A DNA stretch of 64,000 bases from Candidatus Iainarchaeum sp. (GCA_030649735.1 JAUSFL010000036.1:96334-160333), one strand, 5' to 3'; shown: positions 46,840 through 57,894, counted from the first letter of the stretch. Notes: a model not told the origin generated them from the sequence alone. Translations and numbers: made by a program.

Positions 46840-48301
46840 AAAAAAGGTGAATTCTTTGAAAATAATGCTCTTGAACCCGCCGTTCTTTCCAAAATTCTCG
46901 CGCTCTTCACGCTCGCCGGCAGTTGCCAAAGGCGGGACAATTTATTATCCCTTGTGGCTTTCATACGCTGCCGGGGTTTTGGAAAAGGAAGGGTTTGAAA
47001 CAATGCTTTTGGACGCGCCTGCAGAAAGCCTTTCTTTAGGGCAGGTTGCTGAAAAAGCCGCTGAATTCAAGCCAAGGCTTTTGGTTGTTGACACTAGCAC
47101 TGCAAGCATCCACAATGACGTTAAAGTCGTTGAAGAATTAAAAAAGAAAAACCCAAAAGCGTTCGCTGTCCTTGTAGGACCGCATGCAAGCGCCTTGCCT
47201 TCGGAATCCTTGAAATTAAGCAAAAAAATTGATGCCATAGCAAGGCACGAGTACGATTATATCATCAGGGACTTGGCTTTAGAGCTTTCAAAAAAAAAGC
47301 CGGCCCTTTCCAAAGTCAAGGGATTGACCTTCAGAAAGAATGGAAAAATAAGAAGCAACAAGGAAATGCCATTAATCCACGATTTGGATGAAATCCCGTT
47401 CGCAAGCAAAGTGTACAAAAAGCACTTGAATTACAAAAACTATTTTTATTCCGCAAACTTGTGGCCTGAAATAACAATAGTTACCGGCCGAGGCTGCCCG
47501 CACAAGTGCACGTTTTGCGTTTGGCCGCAGACAATGATGGGCCGCTCTTACAGGTACAGAAGCGTGGAAAATGTTGTTGAAGAATTCAAGTACATTAAGG
47601 AAAGCTTTCCTGACGCGAAGGAAGTTTTCATTGAAGACGATACGCTGACAGCAGACCGCGAGCGCGTCAGGCAATTATGCCAGCGCTTGATTGAAGAAAA
47701 AATCGGCCTGGCTTGGAGCTGTAACGCGCGCGCTGACGTTGACTTGCAAACCCTTCAGTTAATGAAAAAGGCAGGCTGCAGGCTGATGTGCGTGGGTTTT
47801 GAAAGCGGAGACCAGCAAATCCTGAACAACATCAAAAAGGGAACAAGGCTTGAAATCATAAGGCAGTTCATGAAGGATTCCAAAAAGGCTGGAATTCTGG
47901 TGCACGGCTGCTTCATGCTTGGAAACCAGGGAGAAACAAAAGAAACAGTGCTGAAAACAATAAAGTTTGCAAAAGAGCTTGATCCAGACACTGCGCAATT
48001 CTTTCCAATAATGGTCTATCCAGGCACTGAAAGCTTTGACTATTTCAAAAAAAACAAGTTCCTGACGACAACAGACTTTGCAAAATGGCTTGACGCTGAA
48101 GGACTGCACAACACCATAGTTTCAAGGCCGGGGCTTTCAGCGCAAGATCTGGTTGCGCTTTGCGATGAAGGCAGAAGGCAATTTTACTTGCGGCCAAAAT
48201 ACATTGCGAAAAAGGCATTGCAAAGCATTATTGATGGAAGGGAAAGGAAAAGGATTTTCAAGTCCGGAAAGACTTTCGCAAAATACTTGCTGAAAAAATA
48301 A
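46820..48301 (+). CDS. Cobalamin-dependent radical SAM protein (HpnJ-like N-terminus)
   Basis: LLNPPF...YPLWLSYAAG; GRGCPHKCTFC; GFESG; YPGT. True start is probably slightly downstream. Confidence 0.9.
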   Translation: MKNSWCKKKVNSLKIMLLNPPFFPKFSRSSRSPAVAKGGTIYYPLWLSYAAGVLEKEGFETMLLDAPAESLSLGQVAEKAAEFKPRLLVVDTSTASIHNDVKVVEELKKKNPKAFAVLVGPHASALPSESLKLSKKIDAIARHEYDYIIRDLALELSKKKPALSKVKGLTFRKNGKIRSNKEMPLIHDLDEIPFASKVYKKHLNYKNYFYSANLWPEITIVTGRGCPHKCTFCVWPQTMMGRSYRYRSVENVVEEFKYIKESFPDAKEVFIEDDTLTADRERVRQLCQRLIEEKIGLAWSCNARADVDLQTLQLMKKAGCRLMCVGFESGDQQILNNIKKGTRLEIIRQFMKDSKKAGILVHGCFMLGNQGETKETVLKTIKFAKELDPDTAQFFPIMVYPGTESFDYFKKNKFLTTTDFAKWLDAEGLHNTIVSRPGLSAQDLVALCDEGRRQFYLRPKYIAKKALQSIIDGRERKRIFKSGKTFAKYLLKK

Positions 48302-48307
48302 GGTGCT

Positions 48308-49306
48308 TTGAAAATGGATGTTTCAATAATAATTCCGGCATTCAATGCGGAAAAAACAATCAAGGCATGCATTGAAAGCATACTGTGCCAGAAAACCGGC
48401 AAAAAATTCGAGATTATTGTGGTTGACGACGGCTCCAAAGACAAAACTGCAGAAATTGCGGGCAGTTTCAAGAAAGCAAGGCTTTTGAGGCAAAAAAACT
48501 CTGGGCCTGCAGTCGCGCGCAACAATGGAGCAAGGCAGGCGAAAGCGCCGGTAATAATTTTCACAGACTCAGACTGCCTGCTTGATGAAAACTGGCTGGA
48601 AGAAATGATATTGCCTTTCAAAAACCTTAAAGTTGCGGGAGTTCAAGGAAAATACAATAGCAGCCAAAAAGAATTGATGGCGCGTTTTGTGCAAAGAGAA
48701 ATTGAAGAGCGCTACGAGCAAATGAAAAAGACAGAATTCATTGACTTTATGGGAAGTTATTCAGCGGCTTTCCGCAAAAAAGACTTCCTGGCATTTAATG
48801 GCTTTGATGAAAGCTTTCCAATGGCTTCTGGAGAAGACACTGACCTAAGCTTTAGGATGAGCTCTAAAGGATTAAGGTTCAAGTTTGCCGAAAAGGCAAT
48901 TGTGTGGCACCAGCACCCGAAATCATTCCTGAAATACCTGAAGACAAAGTTTTTCAGGGCTTTTTGGCGCGTGAAGCTTTACAACAAGAACCGCTCTAAA
49001 ATCGCAAAAGACTCTTACACTCCCCAATTCATTAAATTCCAAATTGGCTTTTTGTGGCTTTCAATCATTTCAATAATTGCGTTCTGGGCCTCAAAAATGT
49101 TCGGGCTTTTGCAGTTTCTTCCATTTGCGTTTCTTTCAGCAATTTTTCTGCTGCTCTGCATTGCCCTTTCGCTTCCAAAGGCAGAATTCATGGCAAAAAA
49201 GCAAGTTATGCTGGGAATTGCGGCATTCCCGATTGATTTCCTAGTTTCATTCGCATTCTCGCTCGGGCTTTTGGCCGGAACAATCAAAGAGGCTTTTTTA
49301 AAATGA
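48308..49306 (+). CDS. Glycosyltransferase family 2 with C-terminal TM helices
   Basis: IIPAFN, VDDGSKD, FTDSDC, GEDTDL. Confidence 0.9.
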   Translation: MKMDVSIIIPAFNAEKTIKACIESILCQKTGKKFEIIVVDDGSKDKTAEIAGSFKKARLLRQKNSGPAVARNNGARQAKAPVIIFTDSDCLLDENWLEEMILPFKNLKVAGVQGKYNSSQKELMARFVQREIEERYEQMKKTEFIDFMGSYSAAFRKKDFLAFNGFDESFPMASGEDTDLSFRMSSKGLRFKFAEKAIVWHQHPKSFLKYLKTKFFRAFWRVKLYNKNRSKIAKDSYTPQFIKFQIGFLWLSIISIIAFWASKMFGLLQFLPFAFLSAIFLLLCIALSLPKAEFMAKKQVMLGIAAFPIDFLVSFAFSLGLLAGTIKEAFLK

Positions 49307-50421
49307 AAAAGCTCAAAGTGCTGCAGGTTTCAAATCATTATTACCCCTGCTTTGGAGGCATTGAAAGGCTTTTGATGGATTTGAACAACATTCTTCAAAG
49401 GAATGGAGTTCAAAGCGACGTTTGCTGCCTTGACAGGGACTTTCAGGGAAAAAAACTTCCGGAATTTGAGATTGTCGGAAAGACCAAAGTGTACAGGATT
49501 CCGTTCGCTGACTTAAAATACTACAAGATTGCGACAAAAGTATTGGATTTCACAAAAGAGTATGATTTGATTCACGTTCACGGCATTGGATTCTTTTCAG
49601 ACTTTCTTGCCCTCACGCAGGCAATCCACAAAAAGCCATTGGTTCTCTCAACGCATGGAGGAATTTTCCATTCTTCAAGCCTTGGATTGATGAAAAAAGC
49701 ATACTTCAAGACAATAGCAAGGCACTTCTTGAAAAAATACTTCCTGATTTTTGCAGACAGCAAAAGCGATTTTGAAATATTCTCAAAAATCACGGGCAAT
49801 CTGGAGCTCGCGTTGGATGGAATAGACTTCAAGGAATTCAAGAAATCAAAGGAAAAAAAGATAAAAAACCAGTTCATTCACGCCGGCCGCTTTGCTTCAA
49901 ACAAGCAATTGGAAAAAATTCCAGAAGCATTCGCGAAAGTGCTTGAAAAGCGCGAAGACTTTAACGTAATACTAGTCGGTTCTGACAGCGGCGACGGAAG
50001 TTTGGAGAAAGTGAAAGAAAAAATTGCGGAAAAAAAGCTTTGGAAAAAATTCAGGGTAATAACTGAAGCCACTGAAGAGCAAATGCGCTCGCTTAATTCA
50101 TCTTCAAGCTTTGCATTGAATTCCGCAAGGCACGAGGGCTTTGGAATTTCAGTGATTGAAAGCATGGCGTTAAAGACAATTCCAATAGTCAACAAGCTTG
50201 AAGTCTTCGGAGAGTTCATAGAAGACAATAAAAGCGGATTCTTTGTCGATTTTAACAATCCTGCAAAAGCCGCTGAAAAAATCCTGAAAATAATGCAGAA
50301 AAGCGAAAGCGAGCTTTCAAGGCACAGGGCACTGTGCCAAAAGGCAGCTGAAAAGTTTGACTTTGAAAAAAGCGTCTTGAAAATGATAAAAGCTTACGAA
50401 AAAGCAGCAAAGGCCGGTTGA
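49303..50421 (+). CDS. Glycosyltransferase family 4
   Basis: YYPCFGGIE, DLIHVH, HEGFGISVIESM. Confidence 0.9.
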   Translation: MKKLKVLQVSNHYYPCFGGIERLLMDLNNILQRNGVQSDVCCLDRDFQGKKLPEFEIVGKTKVYRIPFADLKYYKIATKVLDFTKEYDLIHVHGIGFFSDFLALTQAIHKKPLVLSTHGGIFHSSSLGLMKKAYFKTIARHFLKKYFLIFADSKSDFEIFSKITGNLELALDGIDFKEFKKSKEKKIKNQFIHAGRFASNKQLEKIPEAFAKVLEKREDFNVILVGSDSGDGSLEKVKEKIAEKKLWKKFRVITEATEEQMRSLNSSSSFALNSARHEGFGISVIESMALKTIPIVNKLEVFGEFIEDNKSGFFVDFNNPAKAAEKILKIMQKSESELSRHRALCQKAAEKFDFEKSVLKMIKAYEKAAKAG

Positions 50422-51152
50422 AAATGGACAGGAAAAAAAGAAAGCAATTCTACAACCAGATAATGCAAGAGGAAGATCATTATCGGGTTGAAGAACAAAA
50501 GCACGGCTGGGTTGGAAATTTGCACAGGCGCCAGCTTGAAATCTACAATGAACTGCTCGAAAAAATTCAATTGAAAAAAGGCTGCAGAGTGCTGGATGTG
50601 GGCTGCGGGCCTTACAGCATTGGGGAATTCTTTCCGACAGGCTTCAATATTACCGCATTTGACCTTTCGGAAAAGAACATTCAAAGAGCGCGCGCGAATT
50701 CACGAAACAAAAAGCTCAAAATAAAGTTTTTGGTGGATGACGCTCAAGAGCCAAAAAAAATCAAAGGCGCATTTGACCTTGTTTTTGCAGGCGAAATAAT
50801 AGAGCACTTGCCAAACCCAAAAATTGCCGTGAAAAATTGGGCAAGGCTTTTGAAGAAAGGCGGCTTTTTGATTGTTTCAACTCCAAACGCAAGCATTGCA
50901 AAGGCAAGCGAAGAACACATTTCACTGCAAAGCATCAAGTCATTGACATTGCTGCTTGAAAAAAACGGCTTCAAAATTCTGGAAAAGCACGGAGTGGCAT
51001 TAGGAATTCCTGGACTGAATCCTTTCGGAAGGATTTTCCTCGAATGGCATTCGGGAATTTCAGACCTGTTTTTTGAGAAAATAATGAAGTCAGTCAAGAG
51101 AAAGCCGGAATGGGCCTATGACGTGATTTACCTTGCAAAAAAGGTGAAGTAA
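50418..51152 (+). CDS. Class I SAM methyltransferase
   Basis: VLDVGCG, EIIEHL, LIVSTPN. Confidence 0.9.
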   Translation: MKMDRKKRKQFYNQIMQEEDHYRVEEQKHGWVGNLHRRQLEIYNELLEKIQLKKGCRVLDVGCGPYSIGEFFPTGFNITAFDLSEKNIQRARANSRNKKLKIKFLVDDAQEPKKIKGAFDLVFAGEIIEHLPNPKIAVKNWARLLKKGGFLIVSTPNASIAKASEEHISLQSIKSLTLLLEKNGFKILEKHGVALGIPGLNPFGRIFLEWHSGISDLFFEKIMKSVKRKPEWAYDVIYLAKKVK

Positions 51153-51154
51153 AA

Positions 51155-52204
51155 ATGGTACTCAAAAGAGCATTGAATTATATTAACAACAAAGGCGCAA
51201 GAGCCGCAGTGAAAAGAGGCCTTTCAAAAGCAGTCCCAAAACTGCTCATTGAATTTCCAGCGCTTAATGCACTGCCTTCAGAACTAATGATAGAACCAAC
51301 AAGCGTTTGCAACCTGCGCTGCCCATTATGCAGCAACAAAAGCCTGAAAAGAAAGCACGGCCGAATGAGCCTTGAAAAATTCAAGACAGTTTTGGACAAG
51401 GCAGGCCCGCAAGTCAAGAAAGTAGTAATCGGACTGACTGGCGAACCATTGCTAAACAAGGAAGTCTGGAAAATGATTAAGGAGGCAAGAAGCAGGGGCA
51501 TTTTTGTGGAAATGCCGTCAAACTTTGTATTGCTTGACAATTTTGAAATGAAAGAAGTTATTGACGCAGACTTGAATAGGCTTATTGTTTCACTTGACGG
51601 AGCGAGCGAAAAAACTTACAAGAAATACCGCGTTGGCGGAGACTTCAAGAGAGTAGTGAAAAACGTGAAGGCATTATGCAAGGCAAAAGAGAATGCTGGA
51701 ACAAAAAACCCTGAAGTTGTAATACAATTCCTTGTCATGAAGCACAACAAGCATGAAATCAAGGCAATTGAAAAGCTGGCCAGAGGAATGCATGCCGACG
51801 TGCTTTCCTTGAAGAACACAATGCTTTGGACAAGCCTTACAAAATCCAAGCGCGAAGAGCTCGCGGAAAAATGGCTGCCTGAAGAAGAACAGTATAGAAT
51901 CTTGGATAAGGAATTAAAGGAAGTCAGGGGAAGCCCTAAAGTCTGCCCTGCAGTGTTTGATTATTGCTCTGTCTTGTGGAATGGAGACTTGTGCCTTTGC
52001 TGCAATGACTTCGAGGGAGAATACCTTGTTGGAAACATCATCAAGCAGGATTTTGCGGAAATTTTCAGAAGCAAAAAATACAATGCATTAAGAAAAGCCG
52101 CGCTTGAGAAAACACTCCCGCTCTGCAGGGAATGCGAAATAAGCAATGGAACTTTTGGCGGAAAGTCAATCAGGTTGAAAGGTGACAGTGACGAAAAAAA
52201 TTAA
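51155..52204 (+). CDS. Radical SAM protein with SPASM/twitch domain
   Basis: CNLRCPLC, GEPLL; CPAVF...LCCND...CREC. Confidence 0.9.
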   Translation: MVLKRALNYINNKGARAAVKRGLSKAVPKLLIEFPALNALPSELMIEPTSVCNLRCPLCSNKSLKRKHGRMSLEKFKTVLDKAGPQVKKVVIGLTGEPLLNKEVWKMIKEARSRGIFVEMPSNFVLLDNFEMKEVIDADLNRLIVSLDGASEKTYKKYRVGGDFKRVVKNVKALCKAKENAGTKNPEVVIQFLVMKHNKHEIKAIEKLARGMHADVLSLKNTMLWTSLTKSKREELAEKWLPEEEQYRILDKELKEVRGSPKVCPAVFDYCSVLWNGDLCLCCNDFEGEYLVGNIIKQDFAEIFRSKKYNALRKAALEKTLPLCRECEISNGTFGGKSIRLKGDSDEKN

Positions 52205-53171
52205 GACAGCCTTTCTCTACACTGGACCGCATCATGGCCACAGGACTTTTGCAGAAAGCGTGAATGCGGTGTTTATAAGCGACAAGGTTGAAGGATTCAT
52301 CATTCCAAATGTTTCAAGATTTTTGCAGACATTCAGGGGGTTGGGGAAAATCCCAAAAGACACTGAAGTCCTAATTTGCGAAGGCGGCTCAAGCATTTTC
52401 AAAGGCGCATTGTGGAAAACTTTAAATCCTAAGAAAAAGCTTGTGCTCATTGTTGACGAGCCAAAGCTGTACTATGTGCAAAAAATGAATTCACTTAAAA
52501 AAAGACTTTATTATTCTGCCTTGGAAAAATTCGACCTCTTTGTGCCGACAACAGACTTCGCGCAGTCTTTTGTTCCAAAACACTTGCAGAAAAAATGCGT
52601 TCAGGCTCCAATGTCAATTGAAGTTTCGCGCTTTGAGAGAATAAAGCCAAACCTTGCCTCAAAAAACCTCGCGTACGTTGGCGGACTGATTCCATTGAAA
52701 GGCCTTGACCATATGGTCGACATAATGAACGGCTTGAAGAAAGAATTTCCGGAAACCAAGCTAGTGCTTGTGGGAGACGGGCCTTTAAGGCAAAAAATGG
52801 AAGGAATTGAAGGCGTTGAATGCAAGGGATTTTCAAAAGAGCCTGAAGAATTCCTGAAAAACGCGAGCATTTACCTCCAGCTTTCGGAATACGATGCCGC
52901 GGGCGCTGCAGTCTTGGAAGCAATGACCGCCGGCTTGATTCCAATAGTATATCCTACGGTGGGAGTCTGTACTGAAGTCGCAAAGATTGACGAAAAGCTT
53001 GTGGTAAAAAGCCCTGAAGAGGCAGTTCAAAAAATAATCAAAGTCTGGAAAGACAGGAAAAAACTTGCGGCAGACTCTAAAAGCGCAAAAAAGATTGGAA
53101 AACGCTTCACAAAAGAATATGCTAAAAAGCTTTTTCGCAAAGCAATTCAAACAATGTTCAAAAAAAAGTAA
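52182..53171 (+). CDS. Glycosyltransferase family 4
   Basis: KGLD, VGDGP, AVLEAMTAG. Confidence 0.85.
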   Translation: MTVTKKIKTAFLYTGPHHGHRTFAESVNAVFISDKVEGFIIPNVSRFLQTFRGLGKIPKDTEVLICEGGSSIFKGALWKTLNPKKKLVLIVDEPKLYYVQKMNSLKKRLYYSALEKFDLFVPTTDFAQSFVPKHLQKKCVQAPMSIEVSRFERIKPNLASKNLAYVGGLIPLKGLDHMVDIMNGLKKEFPETKLVLVGDGPLRQKMEGIEGVECKGFSKEPEEFLKNASIYLQLSEYDAAGAAVLEAMTAGLIPIVYPTVGVCTEVAKIDEKLVVKSPEEAVQKIIKVWKDRKKLAADSKSAKKIGKRFTKEYAKKLFRKAIQTMFKKK

Positions 53172-53195
53172 CTTTCTAATTACAAAAAAAACGGG

Positions 53196-54149
53196 GTGGG
53201 ATTAATGAAACTGAATGGAAAAAAAGTCTTGGTAACTGGCGGCGCAGGCTTCATTGGAAGCCATTTGTGCGAAGCGCTTCTTGAAAAGAAAAACAAGGTA
53301 GTTTGCGTTGATGATTTTTCAACAGGCCAGATGGCAAATATTTCAGAACTGCAGGAAAACCCTGATTTTAAAGTAGTGAAAAAAGACGTGATGGACAAGG
53401 GCTTTAAGGAAGAGCTGAAAGGAATTGATGCAGTTTATCATTATGCGGCAATTGTGGGCGTTGAAAGGACATTGAGCATGCCTGTCGAAGTCTTGAACAT
53501 TGACCTGCTTTCTGTAGAAAAAGTATTGCGCGAAAGCTTTGAGGCTGGAGTGAAAAAGTTTGTTTTCGCTTCCTCGTCAGAAGTTTACGGAAACCCAGTT
53601 GAAATTCCGGAAAACGAGGACGGCCACGTCAATGCAAAACTTCCTTATGCTGTTTCCAAACTCGCCGGGGAAAAGTTTCTTAGGGCTTACTTTGAAAAGT
53701 ACGGAATGGACACTACATCGCTGAGATTCTTCAATGTTTACGGGCCAAAGCAGGACTCAACGCCTTACGGCTTTGTTGCGGGAATTTTCATAAAACAGGC
53801 ATTGAAGAACGAGCCAATAACAATTTTTGGCGACGGTTCCAACACCAGAGACTATGTTTTCGTGAAAGACAACATCAAAGGCGCAATTCTCTCGGCAGAA
53901 ACTGAAAAGACAGCCGGCGAAGTGCTGAACATTGGCAGCGGAAAGCCAACAACTCTCACAGACCTTGCAGAACTGATAATTGAATTGACTGGCTCAAAGT
54001 CTGAAATCAAGTATTTGCCTCCAAGGCCAGATGACATAAGGCACAGGTTTCCAGACACTTCCAGAATGAGAAAGCTTTTGGGATTCAAGCCAGAAGTTGA
54101 CCTGAAGGAAGGGCTGAAAAAAACAATTGAATATTATAAAAGAAAATAA
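53196..54149 (+). CDS. NAD-dependent nucleotide-sugar epimerase/dehydratase (extended SDR)
   Basis: VTGGAGFIGSH, SSSEVYG, YAVSK, RFFNVYGP. Confidence 0.92.
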   Translation: MGLMKLNGKKVLVTGGAGFIGSHLCEALLEKKNKVVCVDDFSTGQMANISELQENPDFKVVKKDVMDKGFKEELKGIDAVYHYAAIVGVERTLSMPVEVLNIDLLSVEKVLRESFEAGVKKFVFASSSEVYGNPVEIPENEDGHVNAKLPYAVSKLAGEKFLRAYFEKYGMDTTSLRFFNVYGPKQDSTPYGFVAGIFIKQALKNEPITIFGDGSNTRDYVFVKDNIKGAILSAETEKTAGEVLNIGSGKPTTLTDLAELIIELTGSKSEIKYLPPRPDDIRHRFPDTSRMRKLLGFKPEVDLKEGLKKTIEYYKRK

Positions 54150-54155
54150 TGCAGG

Positions 54156-55298
54156 TCATTCAATTCTGAAGACTTGCGAGCATTTTCCCTGAAACTGTTT
54201 TTTTATCAAGCCGGCTTTTTCAAGGATTGAGATCTTTTCAGGATACCAAAAATCCTTATAGCATACAATCCCAATATGCGTTGCATTCAAAGCCTTCAGC
54301 CGCGAAATCAGTCTAGAATTTTCCAGAGAGTTAAATTCATTCTGGAAGTAAATTGCGTCAATTCCAGAATAAAACTTCACCCTGCGCTCGTCATTGGGCA
54401 TTACGACAATCCTTGAATCTTTCGGCAGTCCTGAAAGGAATTGGTAAAAGTCCTGCTGGCTGTCAAAATTGTCCTTGAATGCCAAGATTGTGCTGACCGT
54501 GAAAATCAACGAAACCAGCGACGCGATAAGAATTAGTGAAATGAAAATAGCCTTGAATTTCAACAGTTTTTTGTTGAAAAGCAAAACCAAAAGAACACTC
54601 AATAGAGGAAATGCTGGAATGAAATAACGGTAGTAAAAGCTGCCTTCTCCGGCAATCAATGCAAAAACAAAATAGGCAGCAACCAGCGCAATCATTGCCT
54701 TCGCGTTAAATGATTTGTCTTTCCTGAAAATGGAATAGCAAAAGGCAATCAGCAAGACAGGAACTGCAACCCAAAAAGTGGCTTTTGAAAGAAAGCCCAA
54801 TGCAATAAAAACGAGAAAACAGCCTGCAGAGACAGCAGTTTTGCTTTCATTGAACCTGAACAGGAAAAAGCAGGAAAGAACCAGAAACAATGCTGCGGAA
54901 ACATCAGTGTAGTTTGTTGAAAAATACAACAGCAAGACTGGATTGAACAATGTCAAAACTAAAGCAAGGCCGTGGTCTTTTGGCAATAATTTTTTGAAAA
55001 GGAAATAGCAGGAAAGCAGGAAAGCAATTGCAAAAAGGAAAGCGACTGCCTTGAAAGCCCAAGAATTAAACCCAAAAACAGTGATGAATCCGGCCGCAAT
55101 AATATGGTATAATGGCGGGTTTAGCGCGCTGTCTGTTTTCACAATTCCTGTCTCTGCAATGCTTTTGCTTAAAGTCAAGTGGTGCAAGGCGTCAGTGAAA
55201 GCGCTTTCCGGCATTAGCGCGATTGAAAAAGCCCATGCCAAAAGCCCTAGCGCGATTACTAAAAGAATTGCATTGCTGTGAAAGTTTTCTGAACTCAT
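54156..55298 (-). CDS. GT-C (ArnT/PMT-like) membrane glycosyltransferase
   Basis: FTDALHH, NPPLYH, YTD, RYFIP; multi-TM. Confidence 0.75.
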   Translation of the reverse strand: MSSENFHSNAILLVIALGLLAWAFSIALMPESAFTDALHHLTLSKSIAETGIVKTDSALNPPLYHIIAAGFITVFGFNSWAFKAVAFLFAIAFLLSCYFLFKKLLPKDHGLALVLTLFNPVLLLYFSTNYTDVSAALFLVLSCFFLFRFNESKTAVSAGCFLVFIALGFLSKATFWVAVPVLLIAFCYSIFRKDKSFNAKAMIALVAAYFVFALIAGEGSFYYRYFIPAFPLLSVLLVLLFNKKLLKFKAIFISLILIASLVSLIFTVSTILAFKDNFDSQQDFYQFLSGLPKDSRIVVMPNDERRVKFYSGIDAIYFQNEFNSLENSRLISRLKALNATHIGIVCYKDFWYPEKISILEKAGLIKKQFQGKCSQVFRIE

Positions 55299-55382
55299 CT
55301 TATTAGAAAAGCTCCAAAAAAGCTTTTTATACTTGTGTTAGGTATTTTATAGGTACTAAACTGAAAAAAACGGGTTTTTTGA

Positions 55383-56330
55383 TTGAAGCTAGTCGTAATG
55401 ATTCCGGCATTTAATGAGGAAGAAAGCATTGCCTCGGTAATCAAGAGCATTCCAAGAAAGATTGCAGGAATTTCAAAAGTTGAAGTTTTAGTGGTAAATG
55501 ACGGCTCCACAGACAAGACTGTTGAGGCTGCAAGAAAGGCCTGCGCTGATAAAATTGCGGGCCATTTGAAAAACAAGGGATTGGGAATTACTTTCAAGGA
55601 AGGCATTGAAGCAGCAATTCAAATGAAAGCAGACATTATTGTGAACATTGACGGCGATGGACAGTTTGACACTAAAGACATTCCAAGAATAATCAGGCCA
55701 ATTCTGGAAGGAAAGGCAGATGTTGTAACCTGCACGCGTTTTGGAGTCAAGGAATTAGAGCCTGAAATGCCTGCGGTGAAAAGATTTGGGAATGAAATTT
55801 TTACAAGAACCGTCAGTTTTTTGACCGGCAAAAAATTCACTGACACTCAATGCGGCTTTCGCGCCTATAGCAGGGAGGCCGCATTAAACATGAGCTTGTT
55901 TGGGAAATACACTTACGTTCAGGAAGTATTGCTGAATTTGATTTTTAAAGGATTTGAAATTATTGAAGTGCCATGCAAGGTCAAGGGAGAAAGAAAAGGA
56001 AAATCAAGGCTTGTAAAGCACTGGTGGGATTATGGATTGAGGGCGTTGCTGATTATTGCAAGGACTTTAAGGGATTATAATCCATTAAAGTTTTTCGGAA
56101 CGCTTGGAGTTGGAATGTTCTTGCTTGGCGCGTTAAGCGCTTTTGCATTATGGGTCAGGCTTTTGCTTAAGCATGCAATAGACCCTTTTTTATGGGTGGT
56201 TTATGCTGACGTGATTCTGATAATTTTGGGGTTTTTGCTGATAATCCTTGCATTGCTTGCTGACATGAATGACAGGCAGAGAAAAATCCAGGAAGAAATA
56301 CTTTACAGGATTAAAAAGAAAGGCTTTTAA
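55383..56330 (+). CDS. GT2 dolichol-phosphate glycosyltransferase (DPM1/AglJ-like) with 2 C-terminal TM
   Basis: IPAFNEE, NDGSTD, IDGDGQF, DTQCGFRAY. Confidence 0.9.
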   Translation: MKLVVMIPAFNEEESIASVIKSIPRKIAGISKVEVLVVNDGSTDKTVEAARKACADKIAGHLKNKGLGITFKEGIEAAIQMKADIIVNIDGDGQFDTKDIPRIIRPILEGKADVVTCTRFGVKELEPEMPAVKRFGNEIFTRTVSFLTGKKFTDTQCGFRAYSREAALNMSLFGKYTYVQEVLLNLIFKGFEIIEVPCKVKGERKGKSRLVKHWWDYGLRALLIIARTLRDYNPLKFFGTLGVGMFLLGALSAFALWVRLLLKHAIDPFLWVVYADVILIILGFLLIILALLADMNDRQRKIQEEILYRIKKKGF

Positions 56331-56339
56331 CCGGTTTTT

Positions 56340-57872
56340 TCAACTCTTGTGGAATACTTTTTTTATTGCAGCGCGCAAGCTCGGATGCATTAGTTCCAAA
56401 AGTTTTTTCAGCAAAGTCCTCTTTTGCACTATCAAAAAAAGAACTATAATGTAAAAAAAAGGGAATTTTTCATTGAACGCCACTGTTTTCTTGCTGGTAA
56501 GAAATTTAAGCCAGTTCCTGGGCAATGCGCCGATTTTTTTTTCAGTGGCTTTTCCACTCATTAGGAAAACCAGCGAGTTAAGATACTTGTTCGGCCTGTT
56601 GAGTGAAACAAGGCCATCAAAGGCCAAATAATCCAGTGCAAAAATGGAATTATTGTTTATTGTGCCGTCAGACAATGCATTAACGTAAAGTTCAGTGCCT
56701 GGAAAGAAAGCAAGAATGTAAGAGTCAATCACAAAAGGCAGTTTCAGTTCACTGATTGTTTTGATGGATTCAATAATGTCGTCTTCGCGCTCGTAAGGGT
56801 TCAGCAGTATGAAGTCAAAAACCGGCAGAAAATACATTTGGGAAGCATGCCTGCTCATTATTTCAGCAGACTGGAGGATTTTTTGCTTGCTTGTGAAACG
56901 CTTGTAAATCTCAAAATTCACTCTCTCGCTTCCAGACTGAATTCCCATTACAACTCTTGAACTGCCAGCGGAAAGCAGAATTTTGAGTTTTTCTTCAGAC
57001 AAGGTCAATGGCGAAACATAATATTGGAATTTCAAGCGGACTTTCTTCTTGAAAAGGAAGGCGAATTTTTTCAACTCTTCCTTAGGCCTCACAATAAAAA
57101 CATCATCAGTGAATATTATCTCGCAAATTGAAGGGAATTTTTTGACAGCAAGCTCTAATTCATTGATTATGCTTTCAATGCTCCTGAACCTAACGCTTTT
57201 TCCCTTATTCAAGTACAGCTTGTTCAATAAGCCGCTGCAGCAGTAAGTGCAACTGTGCGGGCAGCCCCTGGAACCGCTCACAAAATACTTTCCCCCCAAA
57301 TGCCTTTCTTCAAAAGGCACTAATTCTTTGCCTTCAAGCACAAAATTCCGTTCAGAGTCAAAGCTTGGGAAAGGCAAAGAATCCAAATCATGAATTAACT
57401 CCCTTACTTCATTCTTGAAGACTGATTTCCCATTTTTTACCCAAAGGTTTTTTATTTTAGTGACTGGCTTGCGCTTTTCCAATGCCTTGACTAATTCCAA
57501 AAATGCGCCTTCGCCTTCGCCAATGCATACTGCATCGGCAAAATTAATGCACTCTTCAGGATTTGTTGTTGCATGAATGCCGCCCCACATTGTAAAAGCA
57601 TTTGTTTTTTCCTTAATTGCATTTAAAACTTCAATAGCGTGCTTTGAAGAGAGCGAAACGCAGGAAACCCCAACAACGCCAGAGTTTGACGCGATCTTGC
57701 AGACTTGCTCAAGGCATTCTTTAGGGTAAAGGCTGCTTGAAAATGCGATTCTTTTTGGGGGTGGAAGAAAGATGCAATTGCATGCAATTCCATTCTGTTT
57801 CAGAATTGCTGAAAAAACCCTAATTCCAAAAGAAATCACTGAAAAATCAGTCGATATTAGAGTTACTTCCAT
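56340..57872 (-). CDS. Cobalamin-dependent radical SAM protein
   Basis: WGGIHAT, GEGE, SRGCPHSCTYC, GIQSGS, FPGTEL. Confidence 0.9.
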   Translation of the reverse strand: MEVTLISTDFSVISFGIRVFSAILKQNGIACNCIFLPPPKRIAFSSSLYPKECLEQVCKIASNSGVVGVSCVSLSSKHAIEVLNAIKEKTNAFTMWGGIHATTNPEECINFADAVCIGEGEGAFLELVKALEKRKPVTKIKNLWVKNGKSVFKNEVRELIHDLDSLPFPSFDSERNFVLEGKELVPFEERHLGGKYFVSGSRGCPHSCTYCCSGLLNKLYLNKGKSVRFRSIESIINELELAVKKFPSICEIIFTDDVFIVRPKEELKKFAFLFKKKVRLKFQYYVSPLTLSEEKLKILLSAGSSRVVMGIQSGSERVNFEIYKRFTSKQKILQSAEIMSRHASQMYFLPVFDFILLNPYEREDDIIESIKTISELKLPFVIDSYILAFFPGTELYVNALSDGTINNNSIFALDYLAFDGLVSLNRPNKYLNSLVFLMSGKATEKKIGALPRNWLKFLTSKKTVAFNEKFPFFYIIVLFLIVQKRTLLKKLLELMHPSLRAAIKKVFHKS

Positions 57873-57894
57873 GCGATCAATTAATGTGGCAAAC